Position numbers and translations under genes: made by a program. Of a stretch of DNA of 38,142 nt, positions 10,181 through 20,205 are shown piece after piece. The notes under the pieces were generated by a model, which was not told the origin of the DNA, did no database searches, and saw only the letters and a list, made by a program, of their open reading frames with translations. Source of the DNA: a virus (taxonomy: Duplodnaviria; Caudoviricetes); IMG/VR virus record IMGVR_UViG_3300020044_008842, positions 1 to 38,142 of that record. One strand, given 5' to 3'. The number at the start of each line of letters is the position of its first letter. Positions within the stretch are counted from its first letter, which is position 1.

Positions 10181-10897
10181 ATGACCGTTCTGTCAGTCAT
10201 CCAGCAGCATTGTCGAATGCACGCACTGAGCATCCCCACGGCGGTGGTGTCTGCGACGACTGACACAACGGTGCAGCAGTTGTATGGGATTCTCCAAAGC
10301 GTTATTGACGAGTTGATTGAAGAGTCGAAATACAACGTCACGACTCGGGAGGCGACTTTCACGACGGTCGCCTCCGAGAGCCAGGGTTCGATCGCGACCC
10401 TAGCCCCTTATGGAATTCGCTCAATTGTCCCAGGGACATTCTACGACCGGACGTTGAAGCGGCCTCTTTACGGCCCGCTCACCGAGATCGAGTGGCAGCA
10501 GATCAAGGCTCTGCCAAACCCCGGACCTTTCTACAAGTTCCGCATCCGTGGCGGACAGTTGCTCATCAATCCTGTTCCGGCGGCTCCGTTCAGCACAATT
10601 GCGTTCGAGTATATGAGTTCTTGGGCGATTGTGTCCTCGGCCAGTGCCCTGAAAGCGGCCATCACCGCCGATGATGATTTCTTCGTATTCCCGGAGAACA
10701 TCATCCAGCGCGGTCTGTCCTTCCGCTGGAAGCAGATCAAGGGTCTGCCTTACCAAGCCGATGAGACCCGATTCTATGAACTCCTGACGAACCACATCGC
10801 CAAGGATAAGGCCAAGCCCATGATCAACGTGGCAGAGCCTCATGACGGCATGATCAAGCCTGGTGTGTTTGTCCCCTCTGGTAACTGGATGCAGTAA
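10181..10897 (+). CDS. Head-tail adaptor (tail tubular A-like)
   Basis: Size and synteny; FRWKQIKGLPY motif. Confidence 0.65.
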   Translation: MTVLSVIQQHCRMHALSIPTAVVSATTDTTVQQLYGILQSVIDELIEESKYNVTTREATFTTVASESQGSIATLAPYGIRSIVPGTFYDRTLKRPLYGPLTEIEWQQIKALPNPGPFYKFRIRGGQLLINPVPAAPFSTIAFEYMSSWAIVSSASALKAAITADDDFFVFPENIIQRGLSFRWKQIKGLPYQADETRFYELLTNHIAKDKAKPMINVAEPHDGMIKPGVFVPSGNWMQ

Positions 10898-12480
10898 TGC
10901 GTGGACCTCCGACACTGAATCAGAGGGCTGGGCATCGGCCTACGCCAGCGAATGAGGCCATCGCTCGGACCTATGCGATTCCGGCACCTTATAAAGGCTG
11001 GAACGCTCGTGGGAACTTGGCGAATATGGGGCCACTGGAAGCAGTGGTTATGGACAACATCTTCCCAGGGGTGCAAGATGTTGCACTTCGGCCCGGGCGG
11101 TCGGACTGGGTGACGGGCTTTTCGGCAAATGTCCGAGGCTTGATGCCTTACAACGGTGGGGCCTCGTCGAAGCTTTTTGCTGCCACCAGCGCCGGGGTTT
11201 ATGACGTAACATCTTCCGGCACGATGGGGGCGGTTGTTACTGCTTGCACGGATGGTCGCTGGATCAGTGTGAATTTTCGCACTGCAGGTGGCAGTTACCT
11301 GACCATGGTTAACGGGGTTGATAGCCTGAAACTCTACGATGGGGCAACTTGGGTGACAGTGACGGGTGTCAGTGTCCCGGCTATCACTGGTGTGACGACT
11401 TCTTCCCTAAACTATGTTTCGATCCATAAAAAGCGTCAGTGGTTTGTTGAAGCTGATACCATGAACCTCTGGTATCTGCCGGTGGACTCGATTGCTGGGG
11501 CAGCTACGCAATTTCCGGTTGGAAGTTTGTTCAAGCTTGGCGGCTACGTTGTTGCGACCGGCTCGTGGACGCTGGACTCTGGCAGTGGGGTGGATGATCT
11601 TTTCGTTATCGCGACTTCGAACGGGGAGATCGCTGTTTATCAAGGGACTGATCCAGCGAGTTCAGCTACATGGGCATTGGTCGGGGTTTACGAGGCAGGC
11701 CCGCCAGTGGGCCGCAGGCCACTTCTCGACTACGGTGGGGACTTGCTTTATCTGAGTAAGAATGGCCTGATCCCATTGTCGAAGCTTGTGCAATCCCCGG
11801 TGCTGGAACTCAGTTCCATGGTAAGCTTCAACATCGACGGGGCTATGCTGGATGCTACTTCGACTTATGCGGCGAATAATGGCTGGCAAGCCATCCTGCA
11901 CCGGAATGGGACGGCTCTGATCGTCAACGTCCCTGTCTCGGCAGATACGTTGTCCTACCAGTATGTCATGAATGTTGTGACGAAAGCTTGGTGCCGGTTT
12001 ACTGGCTGGAACGCCAGTTGCTGGGCAGTTCTCGGCTCGGACATCTACTTCGGCGGCGGGACGGGTGTGTCCAAGGCTTGGATCGGAACCAGTGACGCTG
12101 GCACTCCGATTACTGGCCAGGTCGCTCAGAGTTACAACTCCTTCGGCATGGCTGGGCAGAAGGCTATCTCCCTCGTTCGGCCTAATCTAGAGGTCTCTGG
12201 CAGCGCTACGCTCCGAATGGCCATTGATGCTGATTTCAAGACATTCAATGGCCAGACCCTTGTCACCTATACCCCGATTTCCGCAGGGGCTACCTGGGAC
12301 TCCAGTCTCTGGGATACAGGTCTCTGGGACGCCGGGGCATCTCCTGTCGAGTCCAAGTGGCTAACCGTTCCGAACGACCTCGGTTATCTGCACTCTTTCC
12401 GCTTGCAACTCACAACAAGCTCCGCTAGTTTCGTATGGACTTCAACGAACTACGCTTACAAGCCAGCGGGGATTTTGTGA
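10897..12480 (+). CDS. Tail nozzle / DNA-stabilisation protein (tubular B / P22 gp10-like)
   Basis: 527 aa with beta-propeller-like composition, after the adaptor; PAPYKGWNAR N-terminus and WD..LWD repeats. Confidence 0.7.
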   Translation: MRGPPTLNQRAGHRPTPANEAIARTYAIPAPYKGWNARGNLANMGPLEAVVMDNIFPGVQDVALRPGRSDWVTGFSANVRGLMPYNGGASSKLFAATSAGVYDVTSSGTMGAVVTACTDGRWISVNFRTAGGSYLTMVNGVDSLKLYDGATWVTVTGVSVPAITGVTTSSLNYVSIHKKRQWFVEADTMNLWYLPVDSIAGAATQFPVGSLFKLGGYVVATGSWTLDSGSGVDDLFVIATSNGEIAVYQGTDPASSATWALVGVYEAGPPVGRRPLLDYGGDLLYLSKNGLIPLSKLVQSPVLELSSMVSFNIDGAMLDATSTYAANNGWQAILHRNGTALIVNVPVSADTLSYQYVMNVVTKAWCRFTGWNASCWAVLGSDIYFGGGTGVSKAWIGTSDAGTPITGQVAQSYNSFGMAGQKAISLVRPNLEVSGSATLRMAIDADFKTFNGQTLVTYTPISAGATWDSSLWDTGLWDAGASPVESKWLTVPNDLGYLHSFRLQLTTSSASFVWTSTNYAYKPAGIL

Positions 12481-12932
12481 AACATGTTCTGGTTGGCTGT
12501 GATAATCTTTTCGGTCCTTGGCTTGCTCATCGAATCGGAGGAGACTGGTTCCCAGGACGCGGATCGACTATAGGGCTGATGGATGATAAGAAAGGCCCGG
12601 TAGCTTGTTGTTTGTTTGAGGGCTGCAATGGGGCAAGTGTGATGGTTCACATAGCCTCCGAAGGGCAGAATTGGGTAAATCGGGAGTTTCTCTGGTTTAT
12701 CTCTTACTACCCGTTTAAGCAGCTAGGCGTGACTAAAGTGCTTGCGCCAATAGAGAGCACGAACACCGCTTCGATCCGATGGACGGAGCATTTTGGATTT
12801 AAGCTTGAGGCGACCCTCAAGGATGCCGCACCGAAAGGTGATCTTCTGATTTACTCATTGGTAGAATCAGATTGCAAATGGCTCCATATGAGGAAAAAGC
12901 CAAGTGAAACCAAAAGCACCAGCAGCTCCTGA
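12477..12932 (+). CDS. GNAT-fold acetyltransferase-like protein
   Basis: GTGA overlap start; YPFKQLGV...N.AS......HFGFKLEATL GNAT motif. Confidence 0.7.
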   Translation: MKHVLVGCDNLFGPWLAHRIGGDWFPGRGSTIGLMDDKKGPVACCLFEGCNGASVMVHIASEGQNWVNREFLWFISYYPFKQLGVTKVLAPIESTNTASIRWTEHFGFKLEATLKDAAPKGDLLIYSLVESDCKWLHMRKKPSETKSTSSS

Positions 12933-14295
12933 TTATGTAGGTGCCGCCCAAGAACAGGGCAGGCAGAACGTTCAGGCTTCGCTTGCTACGAATTATCTGA
13001 ATCAGGCGAATCAGGTCGGGCCGAATGGCTCGCTGACTTATAGCTATGATCCCACGCAAGGGCATACCCTGGCCGATGGGACGTTCATCCCGCAGACGAC
13101 TGCCACGACGACTTTGAGTCCCGAGCAGCAGCGGTTGTATGACCAGAATACCCTGATGTCGACGAACCTGAATGACCTGGCTATTCAGGGCATCGGGTAT
13201 GTTGGGGACCAGGCGAACCAGCCGATTGACCAAAACGCTCTGCCGAGTTTGCGGAGTGGGCTGGCGACGAGCCCCTTCCAGACAACTGCAGCACCGACAG
13301 GGTTGAGTATTACTGGTGCGCCGAGCCAAGGGCAGTATCAGACTGCTTATGACTTCGGCAGCGCTGGGGCCATGCCCAATGCAGCGGACTTTGCGGGCCA
13401 GCGGGACCAGATCACTAATGCGATGATGGAGAGGCTGCAGCCTTACATCGAGCGCGATCGGGCTGCGATGGATACGAGGCTGGCGAACCAAGGGATTACC
13501 CACGGGTCCGAGGCTTATAACTGGGATAACAACAACTTCCAGAAGGGGGTTAACGACCAGCGGATCGCGGCGCTGCTTGCGGGAGATCAGCAGCAGCAGA
13601 ATCTCTTCAACAATGCGATGGGGATTCGTCAGCAGGGAGTTGGTGAGGCGCAGAGTCAAGGGAACTTCTTCAACAACGCGACGAATAGTCAGTTTCAACA
13701 GGGGCTGGCAGCGAGCGGGTTTAACAATCAGGCTCAAGGGCAGCAGTTCGGGCAGAACCAGCAGCAGCTTACGAATAATAACCAAGCGAATGAAGCGCAG
13801 TTTAACCAAGGCCTGGCCTCGGCGCAGTTCGAGAATCAGGCAAGGCAACAGGCAATTCAGGAACAGGATTACTTCCGGAACCAGCCGCTTAATATGCTCA
13901 ATGCGCTGCGGTCTGGGAATCAGGTTCAGATGCCGAGCTTTGGTAATGTTTCCGGTGGGAGTCAGATTGAGGCTGCGCCGACTTACCAAGCCACGGCGGA
14001 CTCATATCAAGGTGCGATGCAGCAGTATCAGGCCCAGATGCAGATGTATGGTGGCATCCTCGGCGGGCTTACGAGCCTCGGTGGGGCGGCTATTATTGCC
14101 TCGGATCGGAGGCTGAAGCGGAATATTGAACTCTTGAGCATTAGGCCCGACGGTCTCGGGGTTTATTCTTACAACATGCTCTGGTCAGATGAGCCTCAGA
14201 TCGGTGTGATGGCGGACGAAGTTGCGGCCTTCCGCCCAGAAGCCCTCGGCCCACGGCTTGGCGGGTTCGCAACAGTTAACTACGGAGCGCTATAA
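12904..14295 (+). CDS. Internal virion/ejection protein with a C-terminal peptidase S74 (intramolecular chaperone) domain
   Basis: Q/N-rich helical repeats; SDRRLKRNI at 14101; GVMADEV and VNYGAL motifs. Confidence 0.7.
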   Translation: MKPKAPAAPDYVGAAQEQGRQNVQASLATNYLNQANQVGPNGSLTYSYDPTQGHTLADGTFIPQTTATTTLSPEQQRLYDQNTLMSTNLNDLAIQGIGYVGDQANQPIDQNALPSLRSGLATSPFQTTAAPTGLSITGAPSQGQYQTAYDFGSAGAMPNAADFAGQRDQITNAMMERLQPYIERDRAAMDTRLANQGITHGSEAYNWDNNNFQKGVNDQRIAALLAGDQQQQNLFNNAMGIRQQGVGEAQSQGNFFNNATNSQFQQGLAASGFNNQAQGQQFGQNQQQLTNNNQANEAQFNQGLASAQFENQARQQAIQEQDYFRNQPLNMLNALRSGNQVQMPSFGNVSGGSQIEAAPTYQATADSYQGAMQQYQAQMQMYGGILGGLTSLGGAAIIASDRRLKRNIELLSIRPDGLGVYSYNMLWSDEPQIGVMADEVAAFRPEALGPRLGGFATVNYGAL

Positions 14296-15140
14296 TGGCC
14301 CTGGCACCTAAACTTACTATCCCGACTGGCTACGAAGCCCAGCAACGTCAGCTTGAGCGGAAGCGGAAGCTCGCTGAAGCCATGATGTCCATGGGGATGC
14401 AGAACAATCCGAACATGGTGTCCCCGCTGCAGGGACTTGGCCAACTCGCACAGATTATTGCCGGGAAGGCTCTGGACAAGCGTCTGGAGAAGCGGCACGG
14501 AGAACTGGATGCGAGGATTTTGGAAGACTTCGGAAAGGCCAACACGGAGTTTAACGAAGACCTAGACACAGGCGATTGGGGCGCTGTGCTGAAGAAGTAT
14601 TCGTCTAACCCCATGCTGGCGGATAGACTGAAGCCTGTTGAAAATCTCTGGGAAGCTGGCAAGCGTCAGGATCAGGAGATTGTCCAGAACGGTGGGCGCT
14701 GGGATCGAAAGGGTGGGCTGGTTGGCACGGCAGTTCCGTCGAAGCCCCAGGATGATTTGATCGTCGGGGCTGATGGCACTGTGTCGATCAACCCAGTCAA
14801 GCTGACTCGGGACATGATGTCGCAGGGGCTGGAGGTGACGAACCCTGTCACCTCGATGCAATGGCCAGGAGCAGCGGGGCAGCCACCAGCAATGGGGGCA
14901 GCAGCTCCACAAGCTCCTGGAGGACTCCCGCCGATCTCTCCGCAGGGACTGGCTTCCATGGCGAATGGTGGGCAGGGGCTGATTGCTCCAGAAGATGCTG
15001 CAGCCTTGCACCAGCGCATGGGGCCCGAGGGCTTCGCGAATTGGATGAAGACGACGGGCCAGCATATTGGAAAGCTTGTCGACGGCAAGCCTTTTTACCA
15101 AATCAATGGCAAGTGGTATGACAATCCGGAGGGTCGTTAA
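14295..15140 (+). CDS. Putative internal virion/ejection protein
   Basis: Synteny; RKRKLAEAM...SPLQGLGQLAQ N-terminus. Confidence 0.6.
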   Translation: MALAPKLTIPTGYEAQQRQLERKRKLAEAMMSMGMQNNPNMVSPLQGLGQLAQIIAGKALDKRLEKRHGELDARILEDFGKANTEFNEDLDTGDWGAVLKKYSSNPMLADRLKPVENLWEAGKRQDQEIVQNGGRWDRKGGLVGTAVPSKPQDDLIVGADGTVSINPVKLTRDMMSQGLEVTNPVTSMQWPGAAGQPPAMGAAAPQAPGGLPPISPQGLASMANGGQGLIAPEDAAALHQRMGPEGFANWMKTTGQHIGKLVDGKPFYQINGKWYDNPEGR

Positions 15141-17720
15141 ATGCCTGAAGTAACTGATCCGAGGATTTTGCAGAGGCTGCAGGGACAGGGGCAACCCGCT
15201 CCGCTGCCGACTGCCCCAATGCCTTTTCCGGGGGCGCTGCCTTCGACACCTAATCGCGGACGGACGGAGTCTCGGGCCGAGGAGCAGCTGCGCCTCGCGA
15301 GGGAAGCCGCCGCTCGGGATGCCCAAGGGCTGGACATTCGTAACCGGACTGACAAGCGGGAGCAGACGAAGTTTGATCGGGAGTCTGAGGCTCATGAGGA
15401 CACTCATGGGATTAGCCTGACCGAGGCTGAACAGAAAGCTGGGACGCACTATGGCGAGGCTATCACGGCAGCGCAGCTTTTGCAGAAGCAGCTGGCGAAG
15501 AATCCTGGGGCAATTCAGCCTGATCTGTTGGAAGCTTTTGCCTCGAACTTTGGGGACTGGGCTCGGAAGGCTGCGGCCTCGGGTGATCGCGAAGTTGTGA
15601 ATGACTCCTTTGACCAGATGGTTCAGGCGATCCTCTACCTGAAGTCTGGCGCCAATGCTCCTGATCCGGAATTCAAGCGGCAGCTCGAAGGCACGAAGGT
15701 CGGGTATATGGATGATCCTGAGTCCATCGAGGCTAAGAAAGTGCGGTTCTCTTCCTTGCTGAAGCAGGCGATGGTAGCTGCCGGCCCGGGCCGTGAGCGT
15801 GTGGAAGATACTTTCAAAAAGATCAACCCAGATATGATCTTCCCCTCGGAAGAGCAGATTCGGAAGTGGAGGATTGAGAAGGGGCAAACACAGACACGGG
15901 CTGATATCGCTGAGGGTAATGCTACGGATGCAGCCGGTAGTGTGAGGACCGCGGGCCAACAGAACGCTTGGACCCTTGCCCCGGCGGCACAGAAGGAATA
16001 TGCGGACTGGCTGGCCCAGCAGAAGCCCGGTGAACTCACCCCGGATGCTGTGGCGGCGTTTCGTCGGCAGCTTGTTACCAAGTATCCCCATCCGATGGAA
16101 GACCCGGAGAAGAGTTTCGACCCGAATGCAGAGACGCCGGAGTATCATCAGAACTGGACGGAGCAGTTTAATAAGACGGGTGTCGGCGGGGCGGTGATCC
16201 CGCCGGCGGTGCTGGACCTTGGAGCGAATGAAGGAGACGTTGGGAAGAATGCTGCGGCGGTTGCCGCCAATGCGCTGGCTTTGAACATTCCAGAATTGCT
16301 GAGTGACCGAGTGCATAAAGGGGCCGAGGCTTTCCGTGGGGAGAATCCGGGAACGGCTTTGGCTGCCGAGGTGTTGGGGTCAGTCGCTCCGACGACTCTG
16401 CTTGAGCGTGGCGGGCTGACTGTTGCGGGGAAGATGCTTGGTCGGGACTTGGCGGAAGAGGCTCCCGCAAGGCTGGCTGCCCAGGTGGCTGGGAATAGCC
16501 TGACAGGCGGTATGGACGCCATGGCAAGGGCTGACGAGGGAAAGCGTCGTCGGGCGTTTATCACAGGGGCTACAGTCGGTGGCGCAGCTACGCCTCTGGC
16601 GAGGCTTGGTGGCAGTGGTGCACAAGGCTTCATGGGGAAAGAAACTGCCGATAGCATCAACCACATGGTTGACTCTGGGGTTGACCTGACCTCGTTGCAA
16701 CGGATGGGGGCTGGGAAGTTGGAGGAAGCAGCCCAGGGGCTGCCGATTATCCGAGGGGCGCGAGAAAAGGCAGCAGCTTCCGTCAACACCGGGTTTCTGA
16801 ATACCAAAGTCCTCGGGCCGATTGGTGCGAAGCTGCCGAAGACTGTCAAAGCAGGCCCGGAAGCCAATGCGGAAGCGGCGCGGATACTTGGAGCAAAGTT
16901 CGCTGAAGTCACTCCGAAAATTCGTGGTGTGCGGGATAGCATGTTCCTGCCAAAGGCCGCTGCGTTGAAAGCTGCTGCTCATGGGCTGAACGGGGGTAAG
17001 GCGATCTGGTCTGACGTTGCGGCGGTTGAGAAGAAGCTGTTCAAAAACGGAGCCTTTGACGGGGATAGCTACCGGAGTGCTATGTCAGAGCTTCGGGAGA
17101 TCACGGACAGCCTCGGGAGCCAGTATGAAAACACCGGCAATCGGTCTTTCCTGCAAGCGCAGAGGCTGGTCGAGAAGTATCGACTGCAGGTGAAAGAGAT
17201 GGCTATTCGTCAGGTTGATGCTACAACGGGCAAGGATATCCGGGCGCTGGATAAGGCCTATGCGAGCTTTATCCAAGCTGAGGACGCAACAAACCGGGCA
17301 CTGGCTACGGGTGATGGTATCTGGTCCCCAGCGCAGTTGGTGATGTCACAGAAGAAACTGGACTCGTCGATCAGGAAAACCGCCTCGGCAAGGGGGAAGA
17401 TGCTGAATCAGGACTTCGCTCGGGATGCTTCGAGCGTGGTTGGGAGCAAGCATGTGCCAGAGACTATGAGTCCATTTCTCACGTCAGGGGCCTTGGGCCT
17501 CGGAGGTGTCGGTGCGGCTTATACCCCGGCACTGGCAGCCACACTCGGGACAGCAGGCACGGCGCTCTACGCACCTGGGGTGAAGAAGGTTGTTCAGAGC
17601 CTTTTGCTGAATAAGCGGAAGGATTTGGCCAAGGGTTCCCCGGCGGCACAAGCGGCTTATGACAATTTCCTGATCCAGGCACTGGCCTCGTTTCAGACCA
17701 AGAAATCGGAAGGACAGTAA
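15141..17720 (+). CDS. Large internal virion/ejection protein
   Basis: 859 aa, Ala/Gly-rich helical protein with hydrophobic G-rich stretches, before the tail fibre. Confidence 0.65.
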   Translation: MPEVTDPRILQRLQGQGQPAPLPTAPMPFPGALPSTPNRGRTESRAEEQLRLAREAAARDAQGLDIRNRTDKREQTKFDRESEAHEDTHGISLTEAEQKAGTHYGEAITAAQLLQKQLAKNPGAIQPDLLEAFASNFGDWARKAAASGDREVVNDSFDQMVQAILYLKSGANAPDPEFKRQLEGTKVGYMDDPESIEAKKVRFSSLLKQAMVAAGPGRERVEDTFKKINPDMIFPSEEQIRKWRIEKGQTQTRADIAEGNATDAAGSVRTAGQQNAWTLAPAAQKEYADWLAQQKPGELTPDAVAAFRRQLVTKYPHPMEDPEKSFDPNAETPEYHQNWTEQFNKTGVGGAVIPPAVLDLGANEGDVGKNAAAVAANALALNIPELLSDRVHKGAEAFRGENPGTALAAEVLGSVAPTTLLERGGLTVAGKMLGRDLAEEAPARLAAQVAGNSLTGGMDAMARADEGKRRRAFITGATVGGAATPLARLGGSGAQGFMGKETADSINHMVDSGVDLTSLQRMGAGKLEEAAQGLPIIRGAREKAAASVNTGFLNTKVLGPIGAKLPKTVKAGPEANAEAARILGAKFAEVTPKIRGVRDSMFLPKAAALKAAAHGLNGGKAIWSDVAAVEKKLFKNGAFDGDSYRSAMSELREITDSLGSQYENTGNRSFLQAQRLVEKYRLQVKEMAIRQVDATTGKDIRALDKAYASFIQAEDATNRALATGDGIWSPAQLVMSQKKLDSSIRKTASARGKMLNQDFARDASSVVGSKHVPETMSPFLTSGALGLGGVGAAYTPALAATLGTAGTALYAPGVKKVVQSLLLNKRKDLAKGSPAAQAAYDNFLIQALASFQTKKSEGQ

Positions 17721-17722
17721 CA

Positions 17723-18976
17723 ATGCCTTATGACGGTTCCGGGACTTACACCCCAGCAGCGGCTCCGAGTTTTCCAGCAGTTGGCGGGGCGGTGATTTCG
17801 TCGACTTACTACAACGCGGTTATCAATGATCTCTGCACGAATGGGCTGTCCAATGCTCTTACGCGGGATGGGCAGGGCAAGCCCACGGCGGCGATTGATT
17901 GGAATGGGCAGAACCTGACAAACATCAACAACCTCGGGGCGGTGACAGCGGCCTTCTCCGGGGCAGTTACGATGGCGTCGACACTGGCTGTGACTGGTGC
18001 CCTTACGGTAGGGGGGACAGCTGCTGTCACCGGGAACACTACGGTAGGGGGAACGCTGGCTGTTACTGGGGCGACTACTCTTGGGACAGCTACGATCACC
18101 ACGGCTACGCTGACGAATCCTCTGGCCATTGCCAGTGGGGGTCTTGCTCTGGCCACGGTTCCGACGAATGGGCAGGTGCTGATCGGAAACGGCACGGGTT
18201 ATACTCTTGCCACGATCACAGCTGGCTCGGGGATTGCTGTCACTAATGGGGCGGGTTCGATTTCGATCAGTGCAACTGGCGGCGGTGGCACGGTGACGAG
18301 TGTTGCGGTTTCGGGCGGCACGACAGGTCTGACGACGAGCGGCGGGCCGATCACCGGGAGCGGGACGATCACCCTCGGCGGGGCATTGGCGGTGGCGAAT
18401 GGTGGCACCGGGAGCACGACAGCGGGCAATGCGCGAACGGCGCTAGGCGCGGCGGCATCGGGGGCCAATACCGATATCACTAGCCTAGCGAGCCTCTCAA
18501 CGCCGCTTTCCATCGCACAGGGTGGCACAGCGAGCACCACGGCATCGGCGGCTAGGACGGCTCTGGGCCTCGGCACAGTTGCAACCTTCGACGAAACCAC
18601 GGCAACACAATTTCGGAATAATACGGTAGGCAAGGCGCTTTCCACGGATAAGGTCTGGTCGGCAGCTGACTTGGTAGCCCTAACCGACGCCGCGACTATT
18701 GCGGTTGATCTGGGAACTTTCCTCAACGGGACAGTGACGTTGGGGGGTAATCGGACTCTTGGCAATCCGACGAATACTAAAGTCGGGCAGAGCGGGGTTA
18801 ATGCCATCAGCCAGGACGGGACAGGTAGCCGCACACTGGCTTATGCGGGGAACTGGAAGTTTCATAACGGTGTGGCTCCGACATTGACGACCACTGCCGG
18901 GGCCATGGACTTGCTGTATTACCAAGTGTTTTCCAGCACGTTCATCTTTGCGACAGTTATCGGGGACGTGAAGTAA
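17723..18976 (+). CDS. Tail fibre
   Basis: MPYDGSGTY anchor, GGTG...A..ARTALG repeats, C-terminal TLGGNRTL.NPTN...QDGTGSRTL domain. Confidence 0.85.
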   Translation: MPYDGSGTYTPAAAPSFPAVGGAVISSTYYNAVINDLCTNGLSNALTRDGQGKPTAAIDWNGQNLTNINNLGAVTAAFSGAVTMASTLAVTGALTVGGTAAVTGNTTVGGTLAVTGATTLGTATITTATLTNPLAIASGGLALATVPTNGQVLIGNGTGYTLATITAGSGIAVTNGAGSISISATGGGGTVTSVAVSGGTTGLTTSGGPITGSGTITLGGALAVANGGTGSTTAGNARTALGAAASGANTDITSLASLSTPLSIAQGGTASTTASAARTALGLGTVATFDETTATQFRNNTVGKALSTDKVWSAADLVALTDAATIAVDLGTFLNGTVTLGGNRTLGNPTNTKVGQSGVNAISQDGTGSRTLAYAGNWKFHNGVAPTLTTTAGAMDLLYYQVFSSTFIFATVIGDVK

Positions 18977-19317
18977 TGTTGCCTGGAATCGGATCATGTG
19001 CGGGGGCTTTTTCCAGATACCCTCTTCGCGTGGAAGTCGCGCCTGGGGATATGTATAGCAGTCGTTCGGGGCCTGGAAGTCTGACCTCCTCTGGAGACAC
19101 TGGTTCGGCAGTTGACGGTATGCCGCCTTATACCTATGCGTGGTCCTATGTCTCGGGGTCGAGTTATACGATTAATTCCCCTGCGTCGGCGACTACTACA
19201 TTCACCACAACGCTGTCAGCAGCACAATTCGAATCTGGGGTGTATCGCTGCACGGCGACTGATGCTGACGGGGCGACAGCTTCGGCTGATGTTACTATTC
19301 ATATGGAGGCTATTTAA
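18976..19317 (+). CDS. Small Ig/PKD-like protein, probable fibre tip or adhesin
   Basis: G.PPYTYAW and YRCTATD motifs; coupled to the fibre gene. Confidence 0.6.
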   Translation: MLPGIGSCAGAFSRYPLRVEVAPGDMYSSRSGPGSLTSSGDTGSAVDGMPPYTYAWSYVSGSSYTINSPASATTTFTTTLSAAQFESGVYRCTATDADGATASADVTIHMEAI

Positions 19318-19637
19318 TGGAAGTGCCAGGTTGGGATAATGCGTTTCCGTGGGTAGCTACTGGAGGGGCTGGCATCATGGGAAGGTTGTTGTATCATGCG
19401 AAGCAGATTCAGGCGGGGAAGCGTAAGCCTCTTGGCTGGGTGCTGTTTTGGGATATTCCAATCGCCCTGGGGATGGGGTGGCTTGCTCTCGGGCTGGCTA
19501 CGTGGTTGAAGATCAGCTGGGAGCCTACGTTCTCGCTGGCACTGGTCGCGGCTTATCTCGGGCCGTATGGGATTGACACGATCTTTGTCCGATGGACGGA
19601 GAAGAAGCTGGGGAAGGAACCTATCGATGGCGATTAG
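19317..19637 (+). CDS. Holin (LydA-like)
   Basis: 106 aa with about 3 hydrophobic segments and a charged C-terminus; directly before the endolysin. Confidence 0.75.
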   Translation: MEVPGWDNAFPWVATGGAGIMGRLLYHAKQIQAGKRKPLGWVLFWDIPIALGMGWLALGLATWLKISWEPTFSLALVAAYLGPYGIDTIFVRWTEKKLGKEPIDGD

Positions 19638-20040
19638 GGATATTCATGAGCTGTTGCCGGTGGTGGCACAGGCGGCGGAGAAGGCAATTGCTGAGTGCAA
19701 GTCACTGGGATTGGACCTACTGGTGACTTGCACTTATCGGACGGGGGCAGAGCAGGAAGCGCTGTATGCTCAAGGCCGGACGAAGCCGGGAGCGAAGGTG
19801 ACGAACGCGAGGGCGGGGCAGAGCCTGCATCAGTATCGCGTGGCGCTGGACCTCTATCCGATGGTGCATGGGAAACCGGACTTTTCCGGGAAGGCCTCCG
19901 AGTGGTTCAAGATCGCGGCGGTGTTTAAGAAACACGGCTTCGAGTGGGCCTATGAGTGGAAAAGGTTTAAAGAAATGCCGCACTTCCAAATGACGAAGGG
20001 GCATCCACTATCCTACTTCCAGGGTGGTGGGACTATCTGA
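19627..20040 (+). CDS. Endolysin, M15 L-Ala-D-Glu peptidase family
   Basis: YRT..EQ..LYAQGRT, VTNA..GQSLHQY..ALD and EMPHFQ motifs. Confidence 0.9.
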   Translation: MAIRDIHELLPVVAQAAEKAIAECKSLGLDLLVTCTYRTGAEQEALYAQGRTKPGAKVTNARAGQSLHQYRVALDLYPMVHGKPDFSGKASEWFKIAAVFKKHGFEWAYEWKRFKEMPHFQMTKGHPLSYFQGGGTI

Positions 20041-20052
20041 AGGGAACGGATT

Positions 20053-20205
20053 ATGTTCAGTGGCTATAAGACTTACATCACCGCAGCGGTTACTGTCATC
20101 GGCGCGGTCGGGGCTTTTCTCAGTGGAGAGGCGAGCCTGATGGATACGCTGCAGCTGATCGTGCCTGCGCTGATCGGTGCGTTTGTGCGAAGCGGGATGA
20201 AGTAA
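20053..20205 (+). CDS. 50-aa two-helix membrane protein (not in ORF track)
   Basis: MFSGYKTYITAAVTVIGAVGAFLSGEASLMDTLQLIVPALIGAFVRSGMK*, with a purine-rich RBS. Confidence 0.75.
   Translation: MFSGYKTYITAAVTVIGAVGAFLSGEASLMDTLQLIVPALIGAFVRSGMK

Noticed and set aside
14562-16316. Long antisense ORFs (584 aa here; also 12817..13989, 4167..5087, 33588..34388)
   Set aside because: Shadows of codon-biased genes on the opposite strand; no motifs or RBS
298-19317. Diversity-generating retroelement acting on the fibres
   Set aside because: No reverse transcriptase, and no template/variable repeat pair differing at adenines was seen
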